Source: a virus
Lineage: Duplodnaviria > Caudoviricetes
IMG/VR virus record: IMGVR_UViG_3300030106_004934
Location: 1-52,245 of that record
Reading direction: 5' to 3' (one strand)
Length of the DNA: 52,245 bases
Every line of letters starts with the position of its first letter. Position 1 is the stretch's first letter. Shown here in pieces: positions 26,686 through 40,900 of this stretch. The notes below the pieces were generated by a model. The model ran no database searches, was not told where the DNA came from, and was given only the letters and a program-made list of their open reading frames with translations. A program made the translations under genes and the position numbers.

Positions 26686-28665
26686 ATGGCTACATTTTTA
26701 GATATATTTAATAAAAAAACAGCTATTGAAAAACAAGCTTCAGATGCTGAATTTGCATATGAAGAAACAAAATTACAGGATACTTTAGCAAAACAAAAAG
26801 GTTGGGCAGATGTAGCAAGAATGGCTGTAAGCGCAGGTAAAATGGGCGCAGAAGCATCAGCAACAGCAAAAGCTGAACAGCAAACAATAGAAGATACAGG
26901 AGCTGTGAAAGTAGAAACTCCTCAAACATTTCCAGGCGGAAGAGAAAAACCATTTGCAAAAGACGTATCTTACTCTATAGAGCACGGGGAAAGTGGGCAA
27001 GTAGTTTCTGGCTTAAGTATGGCTGACTTAAAAGCTATATCCCAAGAAGCAAAAATTAATCCTGACATTAAATCTACTTCAGATTTATTATTCCAACAAG
27101 ATGATGCTACTAAAGAATGGAGCATAAGAGATGCTTGGAAAACAGATACAGATAGTATGGGTGGGATTGAACAAAGAATGGCTTCACTTGAAGCTGTATT
27201 ATCACAAGATAAATACAAAGGAGTATCGGGAGTAGGTGTTGATGCTTGGACTGATGCACAAGGTTATGGTGTTGACCCTACGTATTCATCTCAAGAAAAC
27301 ATTATAGGCTCTCAATTAAAAGAAGAAAGACAATATTTAGGAGATATAAAAAGAGGTTACGAAACAGCTGGCGATATTTTAGGAAAAGATCAATATACAG
27401 TTGGAGATATTAAAAGTTTATATGAAGGAACTCAAGGGGCTGATTACGATATGACAGATAGGTTTGAGTATCTTAAGGCAATGAAAACAATGGATGAATC
27501 TGACCCTACATATGCAGCGATAAGAGGATCTGATTACAAAGAAGAATATGGAGATGTAAGTAGTTTATTAGCGTTATCTGATAAAAGTCTAGGAGCATTT
27601 CAAGACTTAAATGTAGATCCTAAGCAATTTGATCCTAGTGCAAGAAGAGTAGGAGGCGAAGGTGCTCCGCCAACTATGCCTGTAGAAGGAGAAGATGAAT
27701 TTTACGATGAACCAATAGATGTAGATATGGGAGATGATTGGCAAGCTCCTGCTCCTAGTGTAAGTGCTCCTGGAACTTTGGAAGAATTTGAACAATTAAA
27801 ATCAAATATAGCATTTGATCAAAGTGCATGGGATGCTATGGATAGTTCTCAGAAATTTGACATGCTGCAAAGTGGTGAAGTATTTGTTCCAGATAGTCCA
27901 AGACAATCGTTTTTACGATCTGAGACTATGAAAAAATTAGGAGGAGAAACAGGGCAATTATCCGTTATGGATGCGGTTGATCAAGATGCTTCATCATTTG
28001 CAAGTGATATCGTTACAAAATTATTAGGAGCAGAAGAACTTTCAAAAGACTGGGCTCAATCATTAGGCTATAGTAGAGCTCCTGGAGATTCACCTTTATT
28101 TGACGAAAAATATGGAGCTACTGCAGATGTAGATGCAATGTTGAAAGGTAGCACAGAAGTAGTTGGAGGTGGAGGTATGGCTGATTATAGAGAAAGAACA
28201 GATAAAGAATATGCAGATTATAGAAAAATAATGAATACTAAAATGGATATAGAAGACCCTTCTGCATTAGCACAAGATATAGGCGCAAGTCCAATAGACC
28301 GATATTTGCAAGGAGATAAAATTCCAGCACCTATAAAACAATATGAAGAAGAATTTAAAGCACATGAATTTGATCTTAGCAAGCCTTTAGAAGCAGTTGA
28401 AACTCAATCACAACATATACCTGATATGACTCAAAAAAGAAATTATGGACCAAATGATTGGAGTGCTTATTTTAATAAATATGGTATTTCACAAAACGAT
28501 TACCATAATGCTTATAAAGCTGGATGGAGGCCTACAGAACTTCAGAAATTAGAATATCAAAATAATTCAAAAGGTGTAGGAGAAGGTTATAAAAAAATGC
28601 CTGGTTATAATTATTGGAAAAGTATATATGGAGAAAAAGAGGCTAAAAGCATTTTAGGTTTTTAA
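26686..28665 (+). CDS. Putative internal virion / ejection protein
   Basis: 659 aa, acidic and helical; after tail genes. Confidence 0.55.
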   Translation: MATFLDIFNKKTAIEKQASDAEFAYEETKLQDTLAKQKGWADVARMAVSAGKMGAEASATAKAEQQTIEDTGAVKVETPQTFPGGREKPFAKDVSYSIEHGESGQVVSGLSMADLKAISQEAKINPDIKSTSDLLFQQDDATKEWSIRDAWKTDTDSMGGIEQRMASLEAVLSQDKYKGVSGVGVDAWTDAQGYGVDPTYSSQENIIGSQLKEERQYLGDIKRGYETAGDILGKDQYTVGDIKSLYEGTQGADYDMTDRFEYLKAMKTMDESDPTYAAIRGSDYKEEYGDVSSLLALSDKSLGAFQDLNVDPKQFDPSARRVGGEGAPPTMPVEGEDEFYDEPIDVDMGDDWQAPAPSVSAPGTLEEFEQLKSNIAFDQSAWDAMDSSQKFDMLQSGEVFVPDSPRQSFLRSETMKKLGGETGQLSVMDAVDQDASSFASDIVTKLLGAEELSKDWAQSLGYSRAPGDSPLFDEKYGATADVDAMLKGSTEVVGGGGMADYRERTDKEYADYRKIMNTKMDIEDPSALAQDIGASPIDRYLQGDKIPAPIKQYEEEFKAHEFDLSKPLEAVETQSQHIPDMTQKRNYGPNDWSAYFNKYGISQNDYHNAYKAGWRPTELQKLEYQNNSKGVGEGYKKMPGYNYWKSIYGEKEAKSILGF

Positions 28666-28676
28666 CAAGGAAGATT

Positions 28677-29453
28677 ATGATAAAAGGTATAATAAAAAAG
28701 TTACTAAAAAAGAAAAACCCTAACAAATATTTAGAAACTCATAATAGGTTAAAATCTATTTTAGCATCTTATGGTAACGATATTGATAATGAAATATGGA
28801 TAAGTTCTAATAAAAAGGTTATGCATGTTACAGAATCTGAGTTAAGTATACTTAAAAGCTCTAGTATGTTAGGTTTTAGAAAAGAAGGTGAGCAAGTAAT
28901 ACAAATGCTTGGTTCTGGAAAATCTAGCGAAATAGGCACTAAATACGAGCCTATTACTGCAACTTTACTAGCTATAGCAATAGCTGAAAAAGCTGGAGGG
29001 GTGGCTGCTAAAACAGCTAAATTTAGAGCTCAAAAATATGACACTAGAAGAAAGATAAAAGCTTTTGGAGAAAAATTTGAAAGTATGTCTGAAAGCGCTG
29101 CTAAAGATTATACTAATTTGCAAGAACAATATCAAAATCAATTGCAATCTATGACAATGACAATTGGTAGTCAATATGATGAATTAGGAAATACTTTGCA
29201 AGATTTAACTAAAAAACAGGGTGGTTTAAAAACTGGAATGAGAGATCAAATGAAAGAAGCTGGACAAGAAAGAGCTCAAGAAATGTCAAAACTTTCATTA
29301 GAAAAAGCTGAATTTGGATATGAAGATACTTTGGAAAAATACACAGGACAATTAGAAAATTCAAGAATGCAATTAAACAATCAATTAGATGATTTAAAGA
29401 GAAAATATCAAAGAGCTAAAAGACATGATAGATGGTATGAGAATATTGGATAA
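28677..29453 (+). CDS. Putative internal virion / ejection protein
   Basis: Hydrophobic Ala/Gly segment followed by coiled coil. Confidence 0.55.
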   Translation: MIKGIIKKLLKKKNPNKYLETHNRLKSILASYGNDIDNEIWISSNKKVMHVTESELSILKSSSMLGFRKEGEQVIQMLGSGKSSEIGTKYEPITATLLAIAIAEKAGGVAAKTAKFRAQKYDTRRKIKAFGEKFESMSESAAKDYTNLQEQYQNQLQSMTMTIGSQYDELGNTLQDLTKKQGGLKTGMRDQMKEAGQERAQEMSKLSLEKAEFGYEDTLEKYTGQLENSRMQLNNQLDDLKRKYQRAKRHDRWYENIG

Positions 29454-29464
29454 CGGGAGACATT

Positions 29465-30778
29465 ATGAGTGATATAGCAGCACTAATACAACAATTAAAT
29501 AGAAAAGACATTGTAGAAGATGAAAGAGAGTTTCAAATTGCTTTAGCAAGAGTTAGGGCTATATCTACTCAAAAAAGAGACGAAATAAGTGCTAAAAGAG
29601 GCGAGTTAAGAGATTTAAAGAAAACTATTAATTTAGCATTAGAAAGTTCTAAAGAAAAGTTAGAATTAAGAGAAGATAATTTTCGTAAATTATGGGGATT
29701 AGATCCTTTATATAGTAGTGAAATTTCAAAACAAATATATCAAAATATAGAAAGTCAAGATGATTACAATATTGCAACTTTAACTAAAAACAAAGCCTAT
29801 TTAAAAAGTAAAAGCGATGAATTAAGCAAACTGAATCAAAGGTTTATAAAGCAACAAAAAGAATTAGATTTAGCTATTGCTAGTGATCCTGATTATTTTT
29901 CTCCAGCTGAATTTAAAGGCTTTATGAGTAAATATAGCAATGTTGGCCCTGATGGGATTGCAGGCACTGCAGATGATTTAAAGCCAGAAGACAAAGGTTA
30001 TACCGATCCAAATCTTGTTGCTGGATATCAAAAAGCTTGGATTGATTATACTCAAAAACAGCAAGGCGCAGACATTAGGAATATGATTAATTTAGAAAAT
30101 TTAAAATCTAAAGATACTTCAATGAATAAAGCTAATTTAAAATTAGGCGGCTATTTAGAAAGAGCAAAGAAAACTAGTTTTTATAATATTATTGACGGAA
30201 TTACTGTTAACTTAGCAAACAATCCTATTGATGATGATTCTACTCAAGAAGCAAAAGATGAATATGCAAGAAATGTAGCAACTAGAGACTCTTACAAGAT
30301 ACAACTTGGTATTGATTATTTAAATTTATTTTCAAATAATAAAGTTAAAAAAGAGAATGATTTACTTAAATATGGTCAAAAAGAAGCTGCTAGAGAAATT
30401 GATAAAGCTAATCAAGCATATTATGATTATGATAATATACTTAGAATTGCAGAACCAGTATATGAGACAGGAGTAGGATTAAAAGCTGCTCCTGATTATA
30501 GTGCTTATTTTGTAAAAGTGAAAGAATCTTATTCGTATTACATTACTCTTAATGCAGAAGAGAAAAAAATTCACGATCAAATAGGTGGAAGGATATTTGG
30601 ATATGAGCCTAGTTTAATGACTTTTGGTGAATTTGCTCAAGATTTTAAATCTCAATATTCAAAATATACTTTAAATGCAGTTGATTTTCCAGATGCTCAA
30701 GGCAGTATGAATTTAGATATAGAATACAACGAACAAGATCAAGAGTTGATAGAACTTTTTGAAGATGACGAGGGTTAA
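29465..30778 (+). CDS. Putative internal virion protein
   Basis: 437 aa, coiled-coil rich; GGAG SD. Confidence 0.55.
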   Translation: MSDIAALIQQLNRKDIVEDEREFQIALARVRAISTQKRDEISAKRGELRDLKKTINLALESSKEKLELREDNFRKLWGLDPLYSSEISKQIYQNIESQDDYNIATLTKNKAYLKSKSDELSKLNQRFIKQQKELDLAIASDPDYFSPAEFKGFMSKYSNVGPDGIAGTADDLKPEDKGYTDPNLVAGYQKAWIDYTQKQQGADIRNMINLENLKSKDTSMNKANLKLGGYLERAKKTSFYNIIDGITVNLANNPIDDDSTQEAKDEYARNVATRDSYKIQLGIDYLNLFSNNKVKKENDLLKYGQKEAAREIDKANQAYYDYDNILRIAEPVYETGVGLKAAPDYSAYFVKVKESYSYYITLNAEEKKIHDQIGGRIFGYEPSLMTFGEFAQDFKSQYSKYTLNAVDFPDAQGSMNLDIEYNEQDQELIELFEDDEG

Positions 30779-30780
30779 AA

Positions 30781-31902
30781 ATGATTGAATTAAAAGGCAA
30801 ACAAAAGTTATGGTATAAATATATATTAGAACAAGTTGATAAACAGGACAGCTATGAAGACAAGATGCATGCTTTGGATACTTATAAATTTGTAAATCCA
30901 AAAGATCAAAGCAATACTAAAAGTATACAAGAATTATTTAATCAATATCCTGATGTAAAATCAAATGTTCAAAATTATTTATTAAAAAATTTAGTTTTAG
31001 ATTTAGGGAATCCAGATGCAAAAGGCTTTACCTTTTCTAAAGCAATTCCTGATCAAGAAGTAATTATAAATTTAAGAGCTATTGAAGAATCTAAAAAGAA
31101 TCTTTTAGGAGATTCATATAAAGTAGAAGGCATACTAACACATAATCCAGAAGAATATGATCAAGGAGAATATTATCAAAGATTAATGGAAGATGCAGAC
31201 CAAGCATTAAATAAAAAATCTAATTTAGATAAACAAATAGGCAATATACAATCTGCTATTAAAGCTAGTAGAGCTTATTTTGACCAAAGAGCAAATACAA
31301 ATATACTTTCTCAAGGATTAGGTACAGACAAACCTATAGATTTAGATTGGTATGCTTCAATATTCCCTCCTTTTGGGGCACTTAAATTGCAAACAAAAAT
31401 TAAAGATATGATTAAAGGGACTAATACAAAAGTTTTTACAGACAAAACAGCATATAATCCATTAGAGGCTGTTACAGATGCAGTAAGTTTAGGTATTAAA
31501 GGGCTAATGCAAGCAGGAGCTGGTTGGGTAGATTGGTTTAAAGAGGAAGGTCAGGAAGTAGTTGAAAATAGAAAATTAAATTATTCTGATGAATTAGAAA
31601 TGTCTGGTTCTGCTTGGGAACGAGAAAATATTGCTCCTAATCAAGCAATTTTAGATTCATTAATGAATGAAAAAGAGGAATTAATGAATACAGATTTATT
31701 ACCTGAAACAAGTTTAAATTATAGCAATGTTACAAATAAAATAGAAGAATATCGTAATGAAAAAGATTTAAATCAAACACGTTTAGATAAAATTAATGAA
31801 ACAGGTTTTGATGAAGCTTTAAGATTAATCAATCCAAAAGCAGGCAATGTTCAGGAATTGTATGACGAAGTATTAAGAAGTTTAGATAATTTACAGGAGT
31901 AA
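30781..31902 (+). CDS. Putative internal virion protein
   Basis: 373 aa, helical; directly precedes the giant gene. Confidence 0.55.
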   Translation: MIELKGKQKLWYKYILEQVDKQDSYEDKMHALDTYKFVNPKDQSNTKSIQELFNQYPDVKSNVQNYLLKNLVLDLGNPDAKGFTFSKAIPDQEVIINLRAIEESKKNLLGDSYKVEGILTHNPEEYDQGEYYQRLMEDADQALNKKSNLDKQIGNIQSAIKASRAYFDQRANTNILSQGLGTDKPIDLDWYASIFPPFGALKLQTKIKDMIKGTNTKVFTDKTAYNPLEAVTDAVSLGIKGLMQAGAGWVDWFKEEGQEVVENRKLNYSDELEMSGSAWERENIAPNQAILDSLMNEKEELMNTDLLPETSLNYSNVTNKIEEYRNEKDLNQTRLDKINETGFDEALRLINPKAGNVQELYDEVLRSLDNLQE

Positions 31903-31907
31903 CTATA

Positions 31908-34900
31908 ATGAGAAATAGTTTTGATCAATCAGCATATTTGCAACGTTTAGCCCAGCAAGAAGAAGAACAACGTTATAGATATGGAGGAGCACCTGAGGAG
32001 CAAGAAAAAGTAACTACAGGAAATGCTGCTTGGGATTTTTTTGGACAAATGCTTTGGGGAGGAGCAGAGTCTTTAACATGGTCAGGATTAGCTGCTGCAG
32101 ATGTATTTGGAGAAGCTCAAGCTGAAAGAAGAGGCGAAGAATATACTAGTTGGCAAGAAACTTTATCAGGTGTTGATGCTGATTGGGACGAACTTACTGG
32201 ATGGGGTAAAGCTGGATATTCAGTAGGTACGGCTGTAGGTATGATCCCTAGTTTTGGGGTTGGTAAAACTGTGGGTGTAGGAGCTGTAAAAAGTCTTGAA
32301 AAATTAGTAGCACAAAAAGCGTTTGGTTCTGGAGCTCCTAAAATGGTAGCTAAAAAATCTGCTAAAGAATTAACAGAAAAAGTTGGTGAAATCGGATTAA
32401 AGAAAAACGGTACACAGGTTGTTGAAACTTTAGATTTAGATGCTAATACTACTAAAGAAATAATTGAAGAAGGCTATGCAACATTGCAGGCAGCCAAGGC
32501 AGCTAAATTATATGCAGACGATGCTTTAAAAGAAGTATACGAAGCTAATATGGCTAGTAGTTTAAAAGGAAAAATTTCTAGTATTGCTAAACTTCCAGAT
32601 GATCAAGCAAGCGAATTATCTAAAGAAGTTATTAAAATTGTTACAAGAAATAATCCTGATGACGCTATGACTATGATTCAAATGTATGCTCAAAATACAC
32701 CAGGATTAAAAAGATTAATTGGAGGCGAAAGCACTTCAAGAATTGTTTCGGCTATGGGTTATGATGCAGCTATTGGTATTGGTATGGGTTTCCAAAAAGT
32801 TGCAGCTGATGAAATTTATAAGCAACTATGGGGAGTTGAAAGAAATGAAGATACTCACCAGTTTGATTATACAAATAATTATGATTTTGATATGAATGAA
32901 ACTGGTATGAATTTCTTAAAAGAAGCGGGAACTTCTGCATGGCATTTTGCTCTTATTGGTCCAGTAAAATTTATTAAAGGCGGTACAGCAGGACAGCATC
33001 GTCAAAGATTAACTCAAATTATTGGTCAAAATTTTAAATCTGTAAAACCTGTAAATAATATGAATAATGAATCTCTTAGAGCTCAAATTACAGCTATTGA
33101 TCAAATTAGTGGAGGTTGGCTACATAAAACATTTTCTAGGACTAATAACAAATATCCAAAAAACGCTAGGTGGTGGGAAACAAAAACAGGTGAATTTGGT
33201 CCAGATGGAAAAGAAATATTTAGCTCTAAAGACAATGAATTACTAAGAAATTTCTTAAAAGATCTTAGAAGTGATTTTCTTAAAAAAGCCCCTATGGCTT
33301 GGGTTAAAGAATTTAAAACAGATGTTTTCAGATCTCTTCCTAGAATGAGCGCAGGTGTTGTTGCAATGAATACTCCTGGAATGATAGATAGTTTTTATAA
33401 TTTAGGCTTTACTAGACAAGCATTAAACTCAGCTTTTGGAGAATCTCCACAAGAAGTTGTAGCCAATGTAATGACTGCTGCTTGGTTTACAAGAAGACCT
33501 CACAGTTTTAATACTGAAGCAACAGGACCTATGTTTAAATCAATGATAGAAACAGGCACTATAGATGCTTACATAAATGCAAAACATAGTAAATTAAGAA
33601 AAGTTATGGGCGGATTGCAAACATATGGAAAAAACAATGAAGCATTATGGGGAGCTATAAGACAATATGGAGATCCTACATCAAATCAAAATGTAGCTAA
33701 AACAATACAAAGCAATGCTGATACAGCTATTAAAAAATACTTTGATACTACTGCAGAATTTGAAACTATAAGAAAAGCATTTGAAAATATACCTAAAAAT
33801 GAAGCGGGTGGTGTTGATATAGAAACTGCTTATAAAAAGAAAATTAACGAAATGCTTAGAAATGGAGATATTAGTATTGAGGAAGCTCAAAGATACAGAG
33901 ATAATTTATCTGTTTCTTCAGAAATTTTAAAATTATATCGTGAAAATTCTGGAGAATCTCTTGCTAGTGATTTGTTTACTCCTGAATCAGCATTTACTGT
34001 TATTAATAATATAGCTGGTATGCAATTTAATGGAAAGCTTTTAACAGCTAGAAATATTGGGCCTGAATTAGATGTATATAGAGAAACTTCTATAGCCAAA
34101 GCTACTCTTCCACATACTAATATTTTAAAACAATTTGTTATAGATACTTACGAAGCTTTAGGACTTGGAGATAGAATTGAAATAGAACCTAATACAGGTG
34201 CTTTAAAAATTCCTGAAATTATTGGTAAGGGAATAATTAAATTTCCTAGCACTGATATGGAAACAAGTCTTGCTACTGTAATTGAGGGAGGAAGAAAAAA
34301 TGGATGGATTCAAAGTAAATTAGGAAGAACTCCTTCTCAATCTGAGCTTTTTTATGATCAAAAAATATTAAATAAAACAACAGAAGTTTACAATGAAGCT
34401 GTAGATAGAATGATGAGTTCTGTATGGGGTCAAAATTGGAAAGAACAAAAAATTGAAAGAGATATTTTAATATTAGAGAATCCAGTATGGGAAATTACTT
34501 ATAATGACTTTATTCAAAATAGAAGAAGATCTAATGCTTATCAAATTTTAACTGGAGGGAAAAATCATACCTTAAATCCTACAGAAGCTAACCAAGCAAT
34601 AGATGTTTTAAATCAACTTCTTAGATATAAAAATAGAAGAGAAGTTGCAAAACAAGGAGAAAATGAAAAATACAAACCTACATATGAACATGGCGAAGTA
34701 GAACAATTTATTAATAGACTTCATAAAAATATAAAACTTTTAAACCCTGGCATATCAGCTGTTAAAAATGTTCCTTTAACTTTTACAGAAGCGCATAATT
34801 TAATGGAAATGATTTCAGGCAAAAATAAACGAGGAGGCTTGTTAGGAGATATATTTACCAGTACTCAAGAAGCAATGAATTTTGAAGCATATGTTTTAAG

Positions 34901-37900
34901 AAAAGCTATACACAGATTAACAGCTATGGATCATAAAATCAATGTAGATATAGCTGCAAGTTTATTACAATTAATAGAAAATCCTGTTTTCGATTTTTCA
35001 AAAGAAGGCAAGGATATAGTTTTACCTGATTTAGCTAGAGTGAAAAATGCTTTAAATGCAGATAAAAGTATTAGTCCAGAAACAACACAAGAATTAATAA
35101 CTTTTTACACTGATATAACTCAAGCTGTTAAAGATAGTAATTTCCCTGTAAGATTTGAACCAAGTGTAGGTGAGCGAAGCAAGGGAGATTTCGCACAATC
35201 TTTAATTGCAGCTAGAGCTGTAGGTAGAAACCAAATGGAAAGATTGTCACTTGATACGTCAGAACAATTAAAATCTGCATTAGAAAATCAATCAACGAAA
35301 TTATCTGATCAAGTATTATGGTTAGATGTAGGTTTAGATGCTACTGATACTAAAATTAGAAGACAATATGAATTAGAGCTTAGAGAGCTTACACAAGCAA
35401 GAGAAAGTACTGAACAACTTATAAAATATATTAACGATGGGTTAACTCTCAAAAACCCTTATACTTTATCAGCTATTAGTAGTAGAAGAGGAGATATTAA
35501 TAACGCTATTCAAATGTTAAACAGTGGTCCTATACAGTCTACTAGGGCTAAATATGCTACTGAATTGTTAAGAATACAAAGAGAAATTGACGCACAAAGA
35601 TCTAGGGAAGCTTTAAATGAAATGACTTTAAATGATTTGATGAAAGAACAAATAGCTAGCTATAAAATAGGCGATAAAGATGTGCAAGAAAAATCATTAA
35701 GAATTACAGTTGAGCAATTTCAAATTAAATATGAAGTTAAAGGAGCTGATTTAAATAGAATATTTGAATTTGATCAAGTTGGCCAAAGGAGTAAAAAAGA
35801 TACAGAATCCTTTGTTAGAGACCTTTTAAGAGAATTTTATGATTCTCCTGCAGAAGTTTTAAATAAAGACAATATTGCTACAATTAATAAAATAAAAAAC
35901 AATATTCTAAATTCACCTGATATGCTTTCTTTTGACCCTAATACATCTGAAGGTAAGGTTAATTTTACAAATTTTATTGTTGAGCCTATAAAAGCTATGC
36001 AAAAAGAAGGGATAGAATTATTAAAAGAAAAAGCAGCAGCAGATCCTAAAATTAAAATACCTACAGAAGCCGAGCAATTTACAGACTTATACACGGTAAC
36101 TTCTAATTACTTTTCTAAAAAAGTTATAAAAACTTTAAAAATTGATGCAAGGTCTGGAGTAAATAGATTAATACAATCTGAAAAGAAAATAGGAGACAAG
36201 GCTACAGGCTTTGGAGGAATATTAAAATATTTAGATCCATTTCAGCAATATATTTATATGGCAGAAACTTCAGCTTCAGATTTTAAAGGTAGATTAATAA
36301 GAAATATATTAGGAGATTCTTTAGATAAATTAAATGCAGAATTAAGTTCAGGTAATTATACTATACATCATGTTAGCGGAAAGCAACATTTTTATAATTA
36401 TTCAGATCTTACTACAATGAAAAGTGTAAATAGACAACCTGGAATTACAGGTCAAAGATTTACTATTGTTCCTATTAATGAATCTACTCCATTAATTATA
36501 CGAGTTGATAGAACTGGAAAAGGAGAATCAATTCATTCTGAAATTAAATCTCAATTTAGACCTTCTGATAAAAAGACTGGAGACAAAGGTGGGGAATTGT
36601 TTCAAATTCTTGAAGCTATATATGATGGAGATATTTATAAGCAAAATAGTCCTAAACATGAAGCTATAAGAAATTTATTAAGACAAGTTCAAGATTCTAA
36701 AACAGCAGAAGATGCTGCTACAGCTGTAAAATTAACCAGACTGCTTTTAAATATGCCTGATTTTGTAGAAAAAGCTGTTCGTAATAACACTCTTGATTTA
36801 GATATTGCTGAAATAAAAAATAGACAAAAAAGAGATAAATTAGCTGAAACAAAAAATGGATTTATACCTACAAAAGAAAATCTTATAAGAGCAGCGTCAA
36901 TGTATAAAGATTCAGGCTCTTTGTTGCACGAGACTGCTTATAAGAATATTAAAAAATGGATTGAGCCTCAAGCAAATGGTAAATATAGGAAAATGAAAGT
37001 TGTTTCAATTGATGATGAAGGAAAAACTTACAGCCCTGATGGAAGAGAGTTAACAAATGTTTTTGATGCTATGAAAAGGCATGAAATAGAATTGGAATCA
37101 AGACTTGCTAAGGGAGAAATTACTCCAAATGAATTTAACATGAATAAAGAAATGTTTTCAAAGGCTTACAAATCAATTGCTGATGGAGAATTTTTTGTTT
37201 CTAAGGATTTATATTTAGCAAGTATATCTTTAATAGGACTACATCCAGATCACGTTCAAACTAGTAAATATAAATTACCTGATGGAAGTACTGGAATGTC
37301 AATTAATGGTTTTCATTCAGGTGGAGTAAAGCCTACTATAGCTCATTCTAAAGTAAATTTAGAGACTGGTAGAGTGGAAGTGTTTTTTGGAAAAACTGCT
37401 TTAAAATACAACCCTTTAATGGATAATTTGCTGAATAATTTAGGTGTAGATGCTATAACGTTTAAAAGTGCAAATAAAATTAACAGTTTAAAAAAAGGAT
37501 TTAATGAAGACTTTAGCCAACCTTATTCTGAAGTAAAAGGTTTAGAACCAAAAGATCCAAAATTATTAAATTTAGACTGGACTAGTTATGTAAAAGGAAA
37601 AGATAACTTTAGAGAATTTCAAACTATTGAAGTTCCTTTAGAAGCAATAGCTTTAAGAACAATTTCTAAAGGACAGCATGATCCTTTAGTAGGGCAAAAT
37701 GCAGGAGTGCATATGTCTGCAGATAATGGTATAGTTGAATGGATTGGATTAGATGCAAAGCTAAATACATATTATACTAATTTAGCTGGTATGCAAAAAG
37801 ACCCAATGCATAGAACAGCTTTAGCTCAAAGGGTATTAGGAAAAAGAGCAGAAGAAGGCGACCCCTCAGTTGTTAATAGTGCTATTAGCTCTATATTAAA

Positions 37901-40900
37901 TAGCAATGGAATGATATTAGAACCTTGGGCAAAAGCTCAGATGGAGCAAAATTTAGTTGGTTATTATTTAAATAATGGGGCTATTGCTGGAGGAAAAGTT
38001 AAAGAAGGTTCTTTAGATATTATGAGCATGGATATGGGTTATTTAAAACCTACTATTAGGTCTAATAGGTCTGACCATGCATTAGGTGTTACTGAAATTC
38101 AAAACTCTGTAAAATTTTTCGGAGAGTTTATACAATCTTATCACGCCTCAACAAAAGATTTTGTTAAGATGGGACAACAAGGCAATGGAGTTCATAGTGT
38201 ATTAATTCAAAAATTAAAATATATGAGCGAAAGAGAGCTTAGAGACAAAGAAACAAACAAATTACAAGCAAGTGAAGCAGATGGATTTTTGGTGCAAGTA
38301 GGCAATGAAGTTTTTCTTCAAATTGAAGGCAGATATATGGATAATGCTGGTTACATAAGAGATATAAATAGTTCTAAAAGCCTCCCAATAAGCAGTGAAG
38401 CAATTGCTTTTAATAAGAATGTTTTTGCAAAAGCATTAGAAACTCAAAATTTAATTTATAAACAAATATCACCAAATGCTAGCATTGGAGATGTTATGCA
38501 TCTAATTAAAAACGGATCGCATTTAAAAACAGGGATGTGGGGGCCAACTATTTCGATAGGAGCTTTAAATAGTAGACAGCCTAGAAATATGATGGGAGAT
38601 ATAGTAATAAGCAGATTAGCATTTAATAGAGATGGTAGTGCTTATGTGAATAGAAAGGCTGGAAATGTAAGCAGAATGAATTATTTAGATGCTATAAAAC
38701 CTCAAGATGCTGATTACGATTTTGATAAATCATTTAATTATAACGCTGCTCCTGGTAAGTTTTGGAGAGAAGCTAATAAATTAGCAGGTTATATTACTAC
38801 TGGAAAAGAAGCATCTAGAGAAATTGATCGTATTTTTGATGTAAATCAAAACGATACTTTTTCTAAATACGTAGCTGACAAAGCTGGACCTGATCACAGT
38901 TATGAAAAAAATCAAAATATTATTGACAATGCAAAAGGAACTTTTATTAAAATGCATCAAACTGCTACTTATTTAGTAAATATGTTTAGAAATGACCCTT
39001 TAATTGCAAATATAGAATATAGTACTGCAAGAAATGCTAGAGCTACTTTTAGGGTAGTTTTATCTGAACAAGGTAAACAAATTACAACAGTTGATAATAT
39101 ATCAAAGATGGCTACTAAATTTATTGATATATATAAAAATTTACCAAGCGACAAAGAGTATCAACAAAATAGACAAAAAATTCAAAATGACATTTGGTTT
39201 GGAGAAAATGGTTTATTTGAAATTGAATCATTTGATCCTACAAAAAGGTCAGGAAGTCAATATCAAAAACAACCTTCACTTCGTTTAAGTGATTCAGAAT
39301 TTGTTGATGTTACTAATTTTATGAATAGAAGAATTATAATGCCTGTAAATGAATATCTGCAATTAAATAAAGGGAGTATGACTGATCCTGCTGGAATGAG
39401 ATCAAAAGCATTACTTGGAGATTATTCTAGGGCTTATGAAAAACTGTTAATGGATTTAGATCCACTCAGCAATCAATGGAAAAAAGGAATGATATTACAA
39501 ACTCCTGGTTTAAATACAGCTGCAAACTTTTTAGCTACATCTAAGCTTCCATTTGATTTTGCTATGAGAGAAATGCATAAAATACATAGAGATGTAGTTG
39601 AATTGCAACAAAGAGACAAAATTGGAAAAGGAGCATCAGAGGCGCAAGAATTTATTAATTATATAGAAGGAGGATTAGATGCTATAAAACGTCCTAATGA
39701 ATCAAGAGATGCAGCATATAATAGAATGTTTAACAAAGCCTTACAAGAATACGTTTTAGAAGAAGGTAAAATAATAAGGTTAACTGATCTTGATTATCAA
39801 ATTAAATCAGTAACTTATGAAATAGAGCGTAGAAAACCTTATGAAGGTAAAAATCCTCAGCAAAAAACACTAGACCTTGAAGCTAAAAAAACTCGCTTAA
39901 CAGATATGAGAGAAATGCTATTAGAATCAATTTCTTATAAATTTGATAATAAGTTTATTCCTGGAAAATCTGAATTTTCAAATGAAGTAGCTCTTAATAA
40001 AGTAGTTAAAACTAATATTGAAAGAAATAAAGAAACATATTACGCAACAAAAAATAGTGTCGTTGTTGATAAAAGCGGTAAAATTAAAGAAGTTATTTTA
40101 AAAAATCGAGTAAATCGTCAGAAGATTTTTAAAAGCGATAAAATTATTGAAAATGGTAGAAGATTTGCTATGGACAATGCATCAATGCAAACTGATTTAG
40201 CTATATTGTATCAAGCTTATTCAGGAAATGCTAGAATAAAATTAGGTAAAGGTAAAAGTGCTAAATGGGAATATATAGATACTTATGAAAGCAATAAATA
40301 TATTAACCAATTGTATGTAGATTTGCAAAGAGAACTAATTAAATTACATCAAAATAGCAATAAAGATAATAGAAGAAAAAATATATATGATATTATTGAT
40401 TATAGTGCTGAACAAAAACAGTTAATATATGACCATTTATTTAATATGGATCTTAATCCAGCTACTCAAAAAGCTTTAATGCTTAGAATGCTTACACCTA
40501 ATATTTCGGATAAGGTTGTATCTGTAAGATCAACAACAGGGCTATCTCAAGGAGTGCAATATGATTATATGTATATGCAGAATATGATGAGTAAGCCTTT
40601 AATGACTATTTTGTCAGAAATTGTATCGGGAAAAAAGAAAGGTGGAAATAAAGAGTTTGCAGAAGAATTTATCAATGATTTAAATGTTTTAAAAAATGCT
40701 GCATTTCTCCAATCTAAAGATCCTAATCTTGATTTTGAATTAAGCAAAGTAAAAATGTACACAGAAGCAGCTAGTTTAGACGGCTTTTTAACAAGCGAAA
40801 AGATACTAAATCCTGAGGTTTTTCAAAAAAGCAGAAGTGAAGATGTTGTAATGAAACGTGCCGCAAAATTAATGATTGATTATGCGCAAGGGAAGGGTTT

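Noticed and set aside
6225-40762. Short minus-strand and alternate-frame ORFs inside the structural arm
   Set aside because: Fully overlap long + strand genes; shadow-like composition; no RBS
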